A stretch of 64,000 nucleotides of DNA from Mustelus asterias (Eukaryota), in assembly GCF_964213995.1 (NCBI RefSeq), contig NC_135815.1:3038001-3102000 (forward strand), given 5' to 3'. Below, piece after piece: positions 49,490 through 62,350 of this stretch. A model generated the notes under the pieces. It did no database searches. It saw only the letters and a program-made list of their open reading frames with translations, and was not told the DNA's origin. Made by a program: the position numbers and the translations under genes. Positions within the stretch are counted from its first letter, which is position 1. The number at the start of each line of letters is the position of its first letter.

Positions 49490-51330
49490 CAGACATTCAG
49501 GCAACCCTCATCATCCACCACCATCCTTCACCTAGCCAAACCTCTGCATTGACTTGATTCACTTTCTCCAAGTGAAGGGTGTTGCAATGGGAACCCATGT
49601 GGATCCTGGTTGTACCTGGTTGTGGAACATTCTTTGTTCCAGTCCTACTCTGGTACCCTCTATCATCTCTTTTTCTGAAACATTGAGGACTCTTATCAGT
49701 GCTATTTCCTGTTCTGAGCCTGAAGTGAATCCACTATTCTCTTGCTCCATGCTCCATTGGCTCTTCCCTTCCTCTACTTCTCATATCTACTTCGGGGATG
49801 TGCAGTTGACCAAAATCCACGATAAATCTATTGATTCCGACAGTTACCTTGACTGTATTTCCTCACTTTCTCAGTAAGGAATTGTTTTAGTTTGAGTCTC
49901 TGTCCAATCTAAATGGATATGCTTCCAATATGTTCTCCTTTCTCCCCAACCGACGATTCCCCAAATATGATTGACAGGGCTAGTACCCTGCCCCACCCTC
50001 CTGACCTTGTCCTATCTCCTCCCTCCCAGGATCACAGTGGGGTTTCTCTTGTCCTCACCTTCCAACCCATCAGCTTCCATGGATCCTCCTCCATCATTTC
50101 CGCCAATTCCAGTGCATTCTCACCACTGAACACATCTGTTCAGTCCGCAAGCATGATCTCAAGCTCCTGCTATCCTGTCACTTTAATTCACCCCCACACT
50201 GTCGTTCACACCTGGGACCCCTACACTCTTCCAATGTGATCAACAAAGCTTGACGAATAGCAGGTTGGAGGCAGGTTGCTAGTGGTGTGCCGCAGGGATC
50301 AGTGCTTGGTCCTCTGCTCTTTGTGATTTTTATTAATGACTTAGAGGAGGGGGCTGAAGGGTGGATCAGTAAATTTGCTGATGACACCAAGATTGGTGGA
50401 GTAGTGGATGAGGTGGAGGGCTGTTGTAGGCTGCAAAGAGACATAGATAGGATGCAAAGCTGGGCTGAAAAATGGCAAATGGAGTTTAACCCTGATAAAT
50501 GTGAGGTGATTCATTTTGGTAGGACTAATTTAAATGTGGATTACAGGGTCAAAGGTAGGGTTCTGAAGACTGTGGAGGAACAGAGAGATCTTGGGGTCCA
50601 TATCCACAGATCTCTAAAGGTTGCCAGTCAAGTGGATAGAGCTGTGAAGAAGGCCTATAGTGTGTTGGCTTTTATTAACAGGGGGTTGGAGTTTAAGAGC
50701 CGTGGGGTTATGCTGCAACTGTACAGGACCTTGGTGAGACCACATTTGGAATATTGTGTGCAGTTCTGGTCACCTCACTATAAGAAGGATGTGGAAGCGC
50801 TGGAAAGAGTGCAGAGGAGATTTACCAGGATGCTGCCTGGTTTGGAGGGTAGGTCTTATGAGGAAAGGTTGAGGGAGCTAGGGCTGTTCTCTCTGGAGCG
50901 GAGGAGGCTGAGGGGAGACTTAATAGAGGTGTATAAAATGATGAAGGGGATAGATAGAGTGAACGTTCAAAGACTATTTCCTCGGGTGGATGGAGCTATC
51001 ACAAGGGGGCATAACTATAGGGTTCGTGGTGGGAGATACAGGACGGATATCAGAGGTAGGTTCTTTACGCAGAGAGTGGTTGGGGTGTGGAATGGACTGC
51101 CTGCAGTGATAGTGGAGTCAGACACTTTAGAAACATTTAAGCGGTTATTGGATAGGCACATGGAGCACACCAGGATGATAGGGAGTGGGATAGCTTGATC
51201 TTGGTTTCAGATAAAGCTCGGCACAACATCGTGGGCCGAAGGGCCTGTTCTGTGCTGTACTGTTCTATGTTCTATGTTCTAATAGCACTTTTCAGTCTTC
51301 CAGACTCAACACTGTTCAATAATTTCAGAT
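49490..51330 (+). mobile_element. Old Penelope-like RT relic interrupted by CR1
   Basis: HFLQVKGVAMGT motif in ORF 49554-49877; PLE-like terminal segment resumes after 51281. Confidence 0.55.
50263..51280 (+). mobile_element. Young CR1 LINE, 5'-truncated, open 303-aa ORF
   Basis: ORF 50287-51198; (ttctatg)n tail; TSD AATAGCA at 50256-50262 and 51281-51287. Confidence 0.93.
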
Positions 51331-51435
51331 CGTAAGCACTGGCCCTTGTTTTGGAGGACAGCGAATTGGGATGATTGTTTGATTTGCATTTCCACTTCCT
51401 GAGAGCTATTGATTAGGAACATGGATTAGACTATT

Positions 51436-52110
51436 CATAGAATCCCTGCACTGCAGAAGGAGGCCATTTGGCCCATCAAGCCTGCACTGACAACAATCCC
51501 ACCCAGGCCCTATCCCCATAACCCCATATTTACAGTCCTAATCCCCCTGACACTAAGGGGCAATTTAGCATTGCCAATCAACCTAACCCGCACATCTTTG
51601 GACTGTGGGAGGAAACCGGAGCACCCGGAGGAAACCCACGCAGACACGGGGAGAACATGGGCGGCACGGTAGCACAGTGGTTAGCACTGCTGCTTCACAG
51701 CTCCAGGGTCCCGGGTTCGATTCCCAGCTCGGGTCACTGTCTGTGTGGAGTTTGCACATTCTCCTCGTGTCTGCGTGGGTTTCCTCCGGGTGCTCCGGTT
51801 TCCTCCCACAGTCCAAAGATGTGCGGGTTAGGTTGATTGGCCAGGTTAAAAAAAAAGAAGAAATTGCCCCTTAGAGTCCTGAGATGCATAGGTTAGAGGG
51901 ATTAGCGGGTAAATATGTGGGGGTAGGGCCTGGGTGGGATTGTGGTCGGTGCAGACTCGATGGGCCGAATGGCCTCCTTCTGCACTGTAGGGTTTCTATG
52001 ATTCTATGATTTCTAACATGCAAACTCCACACAGATAGTCACCTGAGGCTGGAATTGAACTCGGGTCCCTGACGCTGTGAAGCAGCAGTGTTCACCACCG
52101 TGCCACCCCC
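51436..52110. mobile_element. Minus-strand HE1 SINE containing a plus-strand HE1 SINE (51660-52014)
   Basis: TSD AACATG at 51654-51659 and 52015-52020; host SINE resumes in register. Confidence 0.9.
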
Positions 52111-52199
52111 TTCCAGTTTGTCCCACCATTCAGTATGATGATGGCTGATCTTCGACCTTAATTCCACCTTCTCATACAATCCCTATATCCAATAATTCC

Positions 52200-53270
52200 C
52201 TCAGTACCATCCTCTGCCATGGCACCAAAATGACTCTTGCCAAATTCACCAAGTACATCCTCTGGAACTGTGACAAAGATTAACTTGGTTAACTGTCACT
52301 TTAACATGGTTGACCACCCCATCCTCCAATGCCTCTCCACTCTTCCAGCTCGGTGGCACCACACTCACCTTGTCCCACACTTATCTGTTAACTGTGCACA
52401 TGGAATCGCCCAACTCTGGTATCTATCCTTGATCTCTTCTATTTCTCGTCTACATGCTGCCTTTTGGCAATGTCATCTGAAACCATCAGCATCACTGATG
52501 ACATCCAGCCTTGCCTCCCCGCCACCATGTCGGCAGTTCTAATTTGCAAACTGGCTAGACATCCTGTATTGATTGTCAGAAATTTCCTCCAATTAAATAT
52601 TGGGAAGGATGCAGCCATTGCCTTCGGCCCCTGTCGCAAACTCCATTCCAACCCTGGCTACTGACCTGAAGTTGAACCAGACTGCTAAACTTGGTGTCAT
52701 ATTCCACCCTGCAATGCACTTTCAACCACACATTCATGCCATCCCGAAGACCAGTTATTTCTATCTCAAAAGATGAAGCTCAACTTCATCCCTACCTCTG
52801 TTCATCTGCTGCTGAAATCCTCATCCGTGCTATTGCTACCTGCAGAATCAACTATTCTAAAGCATGCCTTACTGCTCTCCCACATCCTACCCTCCATAAT
52901 CTTTCAGTCATACAAATCTCTGTTGTAGATGCTAATCCACTTTACCTTGCACCACTGGCTCATTAATCTACATTGGGTTCAGGTCAAACAGTGCCTCGAT
53001 TTTAGAATGCTCTTCCTTGTTTTCAAATCCTGTCACCAATTTGCACCACTCTAATTCTCTAACCACCTCTGGTGTCATCTCATCTTCTGTGATATTTGCA
53101 TTTCTCCAATTCAGGTTAAGCATCATTCTTGCTTTCAGCTAACTTGGCCCAAAGCCCTGGAATCCACTCGCTGAACCTCTCCGCCTCTCAAACACTTTTC
53201 CTCACCGCCTTCCAGCCACTCCTTAAAAATCTCTTAGACCAAGTTTTTGGCTAGCTGTCCTTTTTTGGCT
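52200..53270 (+). mobile_element. L2-clade LINE relic
   Basis: NFLQLNIGK and AAEILIRAIATCRINYSKACL motifs. Confidence 0.65.
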
Positions 53271-53296
53271 GGACATCAGTATCTGCTTCTTTCTTT

Positions 53297-53598
53297 AGAA
53301 TCCATACAGTGCAGAAGGAGGCCATTCAGCCCATCGGATCTGCAGTGACCACAATCCCACGCAGGCCCCATTCCCATAACCCCACATGTTTACCCTGCTA
53401 ATCCCTTGGCACCAGCGTCAATTTAGCATGGCCAATCAACCTAACTCGCACATCTTTGGACTGGATTTGTGGAAGGAAACCGACGCAGAAACGGGGAGAA
53501 CGTGCAGACTCCGCACAGACGGTGACCCAAGGCCGGAATTGAACCCGGGTCCCTGGCACTGAGGCAGCAGTGCTAATCACTGTGCCACCATGCCGCCC
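53297..53598 (-). mobile_element. HE1-type SINE
   Basis: HE1 head, body and tail on the minus strand. Confidence 0.85.
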
Positions 53599-55379
53599 AA
53601 AGGTCTTGGGGTTTTTTTGTACGATATTAAAGATATTAACTAAATACTAGATGTTTATATTATCCTGTGCCGTGGGGAGTTTGAAAAAGGCCATGGCTTT
53701 TTTAAAACATTAAATAAGGATAATGAGGCAGGAACAGAAGAATGCAAAATATAATCCAGTGGAGTAAAGTTTCTGTGAAATTTCACACTCGGGTAAGTGA
53801 TGACACATGAAATCTTAGGCAATTGCACCGGAAAATACAAGCTGAGCACAAAGGTATTTGTGTGGTGTTGGTCTATTACAGACCATTCAGGGATCCAATT
53901 GCTCTGGAACATGCACTTTAAAAGGATAGTGATGGTGGAGTCAGAACTTTCCTCGCATCATACAACTGACCATAGGAACATAGGAATTAGGAACAGAAGT
54001 AGACAAATTCAGCCCTTCGAGCCTGCTCTGCCATTCCATCAGATCATGGCTGATCTGTCCCTGGTCTCAAATCCACCTTCCCATCTGTTCCCCTTATACC
54101 TTTTTTTTAAATTAGAAATATATCTATCTCCCTCATGAAACCATTCAGCAATTCAGACTCCACCGCGCTATGGGGCAGCAAGTTCCACAGATTCACCCCC
54201 CTCTGCGAGAAGTAGTTCCTCCTCATCTCCGTTTTAAATCTACCGCATCGCAACCTATACCTGTGACTTCTTGTTCTAGATTACCCCAGAAGAGGAAACA
54301 TTTGATCTACACTTACTCTATCAATCTCTTTTTAAGTTTCATATCCCTCCATCAGATCCTCTCTTACTGCCAGCCATTGCCATGTTGGAAGGATTTTACA
54401 GGTTGGCACTCAAACCTGTTTGGCTGTGTTTTGAATGCACCTTCCTTGGCCATTGGGTCCTGGGGTGGGACTCAAACCCAGAACTGCTGGCTCAGGAGGC
54501 AGGGATGGTAACCACTGCAACACAAGATCTCTGGTTCAAATGTGTTGTAAAATTAAAATAAAAACCAGAAAAGACTGAGGCTCAGACATAAAAATACACG
54601 CACACGGCAGGTGAGTCAGTGTTTGTAACAAGAAGAAACAGATTATTTTTGAATGTTGAACCCATTCATTAGATGTGCAAATTGAAAATCTAGACCTGGC
54701 ATTTTAAAACTAGACAGCTAAAATTACAACCTTTCATAAAACACAGAGAAAGGGAGTTGGAGGTGGGCAAGCGAATGGGATTGTCAATCCAGAAGAGGAA
54801 AACAGCTCAACACTAATGCCCTTGTGGGAAGGAATTCTGCCAGTCTTTGTCAGTCTGGGTCTATACGTGACTCCAGCCCCACTGTGCTTGACTCTTAACA
54901 CCCCTCTGATGTTGCTCAGTGAAGCAGTCATTTGTATCAAGATCTACCACCAGTATTAAGAAGAAGGCCCACCATCACCTTCTCAGGGCACCTAGGGATG
55001 GACAATAAAATGCTGGCCGTGATATGATGCCCATGTCCCCAGAATGAAATATTCGATATACATCAGAGCATCATTATCATTCACAGAATCTTTGTGATCA
55101 CTGAATAGTGTCGCACTCACCTCCATGAGACATGAAGCTAGGCCCTGGATTTGGAATTGTTGCCACTCTTTTATTGATTTGTTGGGTGGAAGTTTTCATT
55201 CTAAGTCCATGTCCTTGGAAGGAACCAGCGATGTTTCCTGTTGTGGAGGCCAGTGGGAATTTGCACCGAATTGTGCGATTCTAGACTGATTAATTATGCA
55301 GTGGGGGGTTGCCTCGTGTAACGTGAGGACTGGATGGTGTGCGTCGTGCTGTTAGATTCTTCAACTTCTTCCATAACCA

Positions 55380-56042
55380 CTGTGCCTCCATAACCACAGC
55401 CTCCCATCCATTGACTCTGTCTATACTTCCCGCTGCATTGGCAAAGCAGCCAGCATTATTAAGGACCCCACGCACCCTGGACTTCTCCCATCGGGAAAAA
55501 GATACAAAAGTCTGAGGTCACGTACCAAGCGACTCCCTGCTGCTGCCAGAGTTTTGAATGGACCTACCTCGCATTAAGTTGATCTTTCTCTACACCCTAG
55601 CTATGACTGTAACACTACATTCTGCACTTTCATAGAACATAGAACAGTACAGCACAGAACAGGCCCTTCGGCCCACGATGTTGTGCCGACCTTCATCTGA
55701 AACCAAGATCAAGCTATCCCACTCCCTACCATCCTGGTGCGCTCCATGTGCCTATCCAATAACCGCTTAAATGTTCCTAAAGTGTCTGACTCCACTATCA
55801 CTGCAGGCAGTCCATTCCACACCCCAACCACTCTCTGCGTGAAGAACCTACCTCTGATATCCTTCCTATATCTCCCACCATGAACCCTATAGTTATGCCC
55901 CCTTGTAATAGCTCCATCCACCCGAGGAAATAGTCTTTCTCGTTTCCTTCTCTATGAACGGTATGCTTTGTCTGTATAGCGCGCAAGAAACAGTACTTTT
56001 CACTGTATGTTAATACATGTGACAATAATAAATCAAATCAAA
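55380..56042 (+). mobile_element. Rex1-like 3' end interrupted by a young minus-strand CR1 tail (55631-55938)
   Basis: Rex1 tail split at gcacttt|..|tctcgtttcc; CR1 piece almost identical to the 3' end of 50263-51280. Confidence 0.82.
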
Positions 56043-56044
56043 GG

Positions 56045-57950
56045 AGGAGATAGCTCGCTGATCACAGGGAGCTTGAGTCCCCAGGTTCAGTGACACTTCC
56101 CTCGGTGCTTAATCCAGGAGGGGTGGCCGAGTTGTCAGGCTAACTCTGCATGGGAGGAAGTCTCAGGGTGGTGACTGCCCAGGGACCCCAGCAGAGGACT
56201 GCCCTACAATGCCACAAATAGATGAATGAATCAACTGCGCCAACAAGCTGTGGACCCTCAACTGCTTCCACTCACCTGACAGACCTGGTAGAGGGGACAT
56301 GAGCTTCAGTGGCAAAGATGCCATCCATGCAACCCCTGCATAAAGGAGCTACTCAATGTGACAATGTGATACTTCATAGTCCCCATCTTGTCTGCAAGTG
56401 CAGAAGCCGCTATGGGTTCCTGATCCTTTAGCGCAGGGAACTCAGTTGCTGTCTGTGGAAGTGGAGTGGGGGTGGGAAAGAGGGCTAGGCATTGAAGGCA
56501 CCAGCAAGGAACGCTAATGAGATGCCTCTGTGAACCTTATCCCTCTAAGTGCAGGGGCTCAGTGCTCTGAAGTGTGCTGCTCCAGACACTTGAGGATCAC
56601 CTGCAGTGCATCAGTCAAATGGCACACAATCCAGTGGGGTATTTGTAAGACTGAGGAAGCAGGAGAAAAATCTCTGAAAGCCAATTGCCCCCAACCCGTT
56701 CTTTGTTTGTGCAGGGGATGTGGAGGCACAACATGACAGAGCGAGAAGACAGAAGGGGGTCCTCCAGAACTTAGTGATGTCGAAGAGCAGCAGTCCTGCT
56801 GTCAGGGTAGGAACCTTGCTAAATCTGTGCGGATGGAGCGATGGACGGGTGGCCTCCACTCAGTTAAGGATCTGTACATAATGTAGTCACTTAGAAATCT
56901 CAGCACCATGCATTCCTCGCTGATGGAGGCAATTCATGCAGTCACTCGCTCTCTCTCTCTCATAGGTGCCAGCAGGAAGGGGGAAAGGCAAGAAGAGAAA
57001 ACCCTGTCCAGCAGTTCCTCCAGCCCACAGAGGACACTGGTGAAGTGGAAGAAAGTGCACCGGTAGAGCCATCACAGCAGTCATCTGTACCCTCCAGCAC
57101 ATAGACACACTCCTTGGTGGATCCTAGATCAATTTCAGGCAGGGTCTCACATTCTGGTGGTCAATTCTTGGTCACATGTCTGAGGCAGGAAGACGCAGGG
57201 TCATCCAGGCTCACCAGTACTTGGAGGACTGCTGGGGAAGCGGGCATCTACAACGTCCAAGTTGGATGGGCCCTGCACGAGATGTTGGGGAAGCTGCAAG
57301 AAGTGGGGTAACATCAGGCAGAGGTGTTGGAGGCCCAGAGCAGAGTGCTACATGAGGTGGAAGAGTCTTTTCCTTTGCTGGCTGATCAAGTGGTGACGAA
57401 GCGAGGTCTCCATTAGGGGGATAGAAGATACCATTGGGAGCCTGGTTCAGTAGAATGCCTAATTTCTGCTGGAGATATGTGTAGACTTGCACTCCATCAC
57501 TGTAGCCATGAGTGAGCTGTTGCAGAGGCTACGAGATAGGCAGACCAGGGCGCCTTGACCTCTCCTGAGGTGTCCCTTCTCAAGGAGTCAGGCAGGGACT
57601 CTCAGGCACCCAATGGGAGGAGTTAGACACCTGGGACCATCAATCAGGACTCTGAGGGTGTCTGGCCCTTTGGAATCCCCTTTGCCGGTGCCCCTTTGGT
57701 CTCATCCTCTGCGACCCCCACAGGGAGCAGCTATCCCCACAGCAGGAGAGCCAAAGCAAGCCGGGGCCCTCCAGGCCTCGCGTCTCCAGCAGACAGCTGC
57801 CAAGGTCATCCAATAGGGCCAGCTGGTCACTGGGCAGCCTTCACCCCTGCTACAGATATCGATGGGGCACCTAGAAGAAGTAGCAGAGAATGCAAGATTA
57901 AGGAATTTTGATTTGACTTGTGTGATTGCATGAGTGTGCGATGTTATGAC
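56045..57950 (+). pseudogene. Harbinger-type Myb/SANT gene relic
   Basis: Degenerate AWEEV..QRTALQCHK*MN near 56150-56230; acceptor tttgtgcag at about 56713 followed by an HN..ER..T.GG.P-like segment. Confidence 0.4.
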
Positions 57951-58199
57951 ACTTGTAAAAGGGTCCAGGTGACTTCCTGGCACTCAGTGATGAGCAGTCA
58001 CAGGCAGTGATGTGAATGATAGCTATGACCTTTCACTCTGCTCTCGGGAAAGGCTGAACAGGCTGGGGCTCTTTTGCCTCGGGCAGGGAACGCTAGGAGT
58101 GACTAATAGATGTCATTAAAACTGAAAAGGCTCAGCAGGATATAGGATAAAAACAATAACAACTAGCACTATTTAAAGCAGTGAAGGTACTTCACTAGA

Positions 58200-59100
58200 G
58201 TGTTAGCAAACAAAATGATATGAAGCCATGTAAAGGGATATTAGGACAGATAACTGAATCTTGGTCAAAAGTGGAGATTTTAAAAAGCATCTTGAACAAA
58301 GAGGGAGAGAGAGTTGGAGCGGGAAGGGACACAGATTTAGAAAGGGAATACCAGAGCTTGGGATCCATTCAATTAATGGTATGACAATCACTGGTGAAGA
58401 CATTAAAATTGGGGATGTACAAGAAGGCAGAATTGGAAGAGCACAAATATTTCGGAGGGTTGTTGGGCTGGGGGAGGTTACGGATGAGCAAGGGAGAACT
58501 ATAGAGATATTTAAAGCCAGGTTGTGAATTTTGAAATCGAGGTGCTACTTAATCTTGAGCCAAAGAAGGTCAGTGAGAAAAGGTTGAACAAGACTTGATG
58601 CGAGTTAGGAAACAACGAGCAGAGTTTTGGAAGTTGTGGAGGGATTGGAGGAAAGTGGGAGGCTGGCCAGTAATGCAGTGGAGTAGTTGAGTCTAAGAGA
58701 CAATAAAGATATGAGTGAGGGTTTCAGCAGCAGGTTGAGGTGAGACAGGAACAGAGGGAGGAAATAGTCAATCTTAGGGATGGCCTGGATATGTGTTCTC
58801 AAATATGACACCAAGGTTATGAACGGTCTGGTTCAGTCTCAGACAGTTGTCTGCGAGGTGGATGGAGTTGGTTGCTAGGGGACAGAGTTTGTGGCGGGGA
58901 TGATGGATTTAGTCTTTCCAACACATAGTTGGAGGAAATTTCTGCTGATCCAGCATGTTGAATAAGCAGCCTTACAATGAACAGAGAGGACGGGTTGAGA
59001 GAGGTTTGGTGAAGTGGAGCTGGGTGCCATGAATGTGTGCATGGATCACGATGCGGTGGTTGTTTTGGTGATTCTGCTGAGGTATGGCACTGAGACGAGA
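58200..59100 (-). mobile_element. L2-clade LINE relic
   Basis: LLKPSLISLLSLRLNYSTALLASLP (ORF 58605-58814). Confidence 0.6.
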
Positions 59101-60108
59101 AAAGACATGGGGCACAATCTTCTGGCTGTACACACAGGCAGGATCTTCCTGTTCTGCCGACAGCACACCCTCCTCCTGTGTTTTCCAGGGAGTGGATTCA
59201 ATGGGAAATCCCATTGATAGTGGCAGGACTGGAAGATCGCTCCACTGGCGCACACCAGGCTGCTGAGAAACCTGCCAAAACATGGGGGCAGAGGGGTGTT
59301 ATAATCCCACCCACGGAGTACATTATTCCACTTGTGCGGGGGCATCAATTATGAAGACACAGTAAGTTTAGCAGAAACCTCTTAGGCCAGGGAATGGTTA
59401 GAATGTAGAATAATTTCTCACAAGGAATTATTCAGGTCACACTCACTAAACACATTAGGAATAGAAAGAGAATACCAATAGGTTGCGTGGAAACCTGCAT
59501 GGAGCATAAATACCAACATGGACCAGTGAGGAACAAATGCAGGAATTGAGACGGACTGAGCAAGGACATCCTTGCAGAATCTGAGGGGAGGTGGAAATAC
59601 TATGGTATTTTATTGCAGGTGGCAGGACTGCAAGATGGAACACCACTTCCCATGCAGCTCCATCACATTCCTGACCAGCCTCTTGCCTTCATCCCTCCAT
59701 AAAACTTCCAAAACTCTGGTGACGGTATTCTAACTTGCATCAAGTTCTGTTCACCCTTTGCCCACTGACCACGTGCTCCAGGTTAAGTGGCGCCTCGATT
59801 TTTAAAATTTGGCCCCGTGTCGTAGGGCCCCAAGCATTCGTTCCGTCTGCAACACTCTTTTACATGTCCATGTCTGTTCTCATGTTCAATGCTGTCCAAG
59901 CAATCTTCTCCAAACACAAATTAAGTGACCGTTTTTGCTGAACAGTTCTGTCTGTATGTATGACCCTGCTTTCCTGTTGCCCACCAATTTACTATTGCCC
60001 TGCTTATTCGCACCTCTGCCCTCCAGCATTTACTCAAAATTTTATGTTTCTCCGTTACCTCACTGAGAATCTTTGTTTCAGAAAAAAAACCTCCTTATAA
60101 CACTCATA

Positions 60109-60428
60109 AAATCATAGAATCCCGACAATGCAGAAGGAGGCCAGTCGCCCATCGAGTCTGCACCCAACACAATCCCATCCAGGCCCTATTCCTGTAACCC
60201 CTCTCACTTATCATTCTAATCCCCCTGACACTAGGGTGAATTTAGCATGACCAATCAACCTAACCTGCACATCTTTGGATTGTGGGAGGATCCTGGAGCA
60301 CCCGGAGGAAACCCACGCAGACACGGAGAGAATATACAAACTCCACACAGTGACCCAAGGCCGGAATTGAACCTGGGTCCCTGACGCTGCGAGGCAGCAG
60401 TGCTAACCATTGTGCCACCATGCCGCCA
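60109..60428 (-). mobile_element. HE1-type SINE
   Basis: HE1 head, body and tail on the minus strand. Confidence 0.85.
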
Positions 60429-60439
60429 CTCAATACTTT

Positions 60440-60805
60440 AGAGCCAGTGAAGTAATGTAGAAAGCACAGCAACCAATTTGTACACCACCAACTCCCACAA
60501 ACAGCACCGTGGCAAGGGACAGATAATCTGTTTTATTGATGTTGAATAAAAGATAAATATTGGCCAGGAGAACTTCCCTGCCCTTTTCCAAAATAGTCGC
60601 CATGGGATCGTTTACGTTCACTCAAGAGCCCCGACAGGGTCTCAGTTTAACATTTCATCTAAGAGGTAGCGTCCCTGGCAGTGATGCATACCCTTTTTAC
60701 TGCACTCAGATTTCCAGATTGCGTGTTCAAGTCCCTGGTGTGGCACTTGAACCCATAGTCTTCTGGCTCAGAGGGGAGAGAGTTATCCGTTGACCCACAG
60801 CTGAC
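60440..60805 (-). mobile_element. Old DeuSINE-like relic
   Basis: Minus strand ctctgagccagaagactatgggttcaagtgcc head plus central domain; similar relic at about 44300-44600. Confidence 0.5.
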
Positions 60806-61697
60806 ACCTTGTCCTCTAAAAGTCTTCTACTAGCAGTTTCTAATTAAATGCCTCTTCTATTTTTATCCTATTCAATTTCTCCACTACCGCCTCCTGTACT
60901 GAGACCTTGGCAGCACCCTCTCCTCCAGTGAGGACAGGTCAGCAGTTACCTAATTAAGTTCAATTAAATCTGGAGTTTAAAGCTAGTTTCAGTAATGGTG
61001 GTCACGAAACTGCCAGATTTGTCATTAAAAACCTGACCGGTTCATGAATATTCATCGGGGAAGGAAACCTGTCGACTGTAGCTGTTTTGGACTGCATGTG
61101 ACTCCAGGCCCACAGCAATGACTTTGACTTTGAACTGCCTTCTGCAATATTCTGAAGGGTAATTAGGGATGGGCACTACAGTGATGCCTATGAATAAATT
61201 TTAAACAGAGTTTTCATCCCCTTATTTTCTCTCACTTGGTTTTTCCCTCCCCTTTTCTTAATGTTCCATGTTTTTCAAACTTACAAAAATAAATGTTTAT
61301 CTTTTAGTTTTCAGTTGCGACGAAGAGTTGCACACCCAGAATGTCAAGTATAGGGCACATCTCTTTATAGACGCTGACTCACCTGCTTTTATTTCCAGAT
61401 TTTAAAAAAGAAATTGGTTTTATTTATACATGCATACACACGCTGCAGGCCGAGAAATTTTGGTGGTTCAGTGAGGAAATCATTTAGAATGGAAGTGTTC
61501 AGGTCCCAGCTTCTGATTGCAAAAGGACAGAATGTTTTCCCTTTTCACTTCCAAGTTTTAAGACCTGTTAACATTCCTGCAGGTGCATACCTGTGTGGTG
61601 TGACATAAAGCTTCTTTCTTTGGGATGAACAAATGTAGAGGAGAGAAACAGGCCACAGGATTAATGAAACAGGCTAACACAAGGCGAGATTAAACTT

Positions 61698-61861
61698 GAT
61701 GTGGAGATGCCGACATTGGATTGGTGTGGGCACAAGAAGAAGTCTCACAACACTAGGTTAAAGTCCAACAGGTTTATTTGGAATCATGAGCTTTCGGAGC
61801 GCTGCCCCTTCATCAAGTGAGTCACTCTCCTGATGAAGGAGTGGCGCTCCGAAAGCTCGTG
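61698..61861. mobile_element. Mini Penelope-derived palindrome with two back-to-back hammerhead motifs
   Basis: Same gatgtggagatgcc..ggttaaagtccaacaggtttatttgg leader as 42092; CTGATGAAGGAGTGGCGCTCCGAAAGCTCGTG at 61830-61861 and an inverted copy at 61785-61819. Confidence 0.75.
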
Positions 61862-62350
61862 TTTGAGATCCGAGCCACTACGGTGGTGTCGTCAGCAAAC
61901 TTGAAAATTGAATTGGAGGGGAATTTGGCCGCATAGTCATAGGTGTATATGGAGTATAGTAGAGGGCTGAGAACACAGCCTTGTGGGACACCGGTGTTGA
62001 GGATGATCGTGGAGGAGGTGTTGTTGCGTATCCTTACTGATTGATTATGGTCTGTGAGTTTGGAAGTTCAGGATCCAGTCGCAGAGGGAGGTGCCGAGGT
62101 CCAGGCCACGGAATTTGGAGATGAGTTTCGTGGGAATAATAGTGTTGAAGGCTGAGCTGTAGTCAATAATTAGGAGTCTGACATAGATGTCCTTGTTATC
62201 TAGGTGTTCCATGGTTGAGTACAGGGCCAGGGAAATGGCGTCTGCTGTGGACCTGTTGCGGCGGTAGGCCAACTAGTGGATCCAGGCAGTCCAGGAGGCT
62301 GGAATTGATTTGTGCCATGACTAACCTTTTGAAGCACTTCATAATGATGA
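61862..62350 (-). mobile_element. Rex1/Babar LINE RT fragment
   Basis: [43 protein letters not shown]; FADD motif near 61890. Confidence 0.85.

Noticed and set aside
53797-53850. C/D-box snoRNA-like GTGATGA...CTGA
   Set aside because: Only about 50 nt, with no terminal stem and no recognisable guide sequence
61414-61608. ORF with arrestin-like GxxxFPFxFQ motif
   Set aside because: No compatible splice structure or further similarity; likely chance
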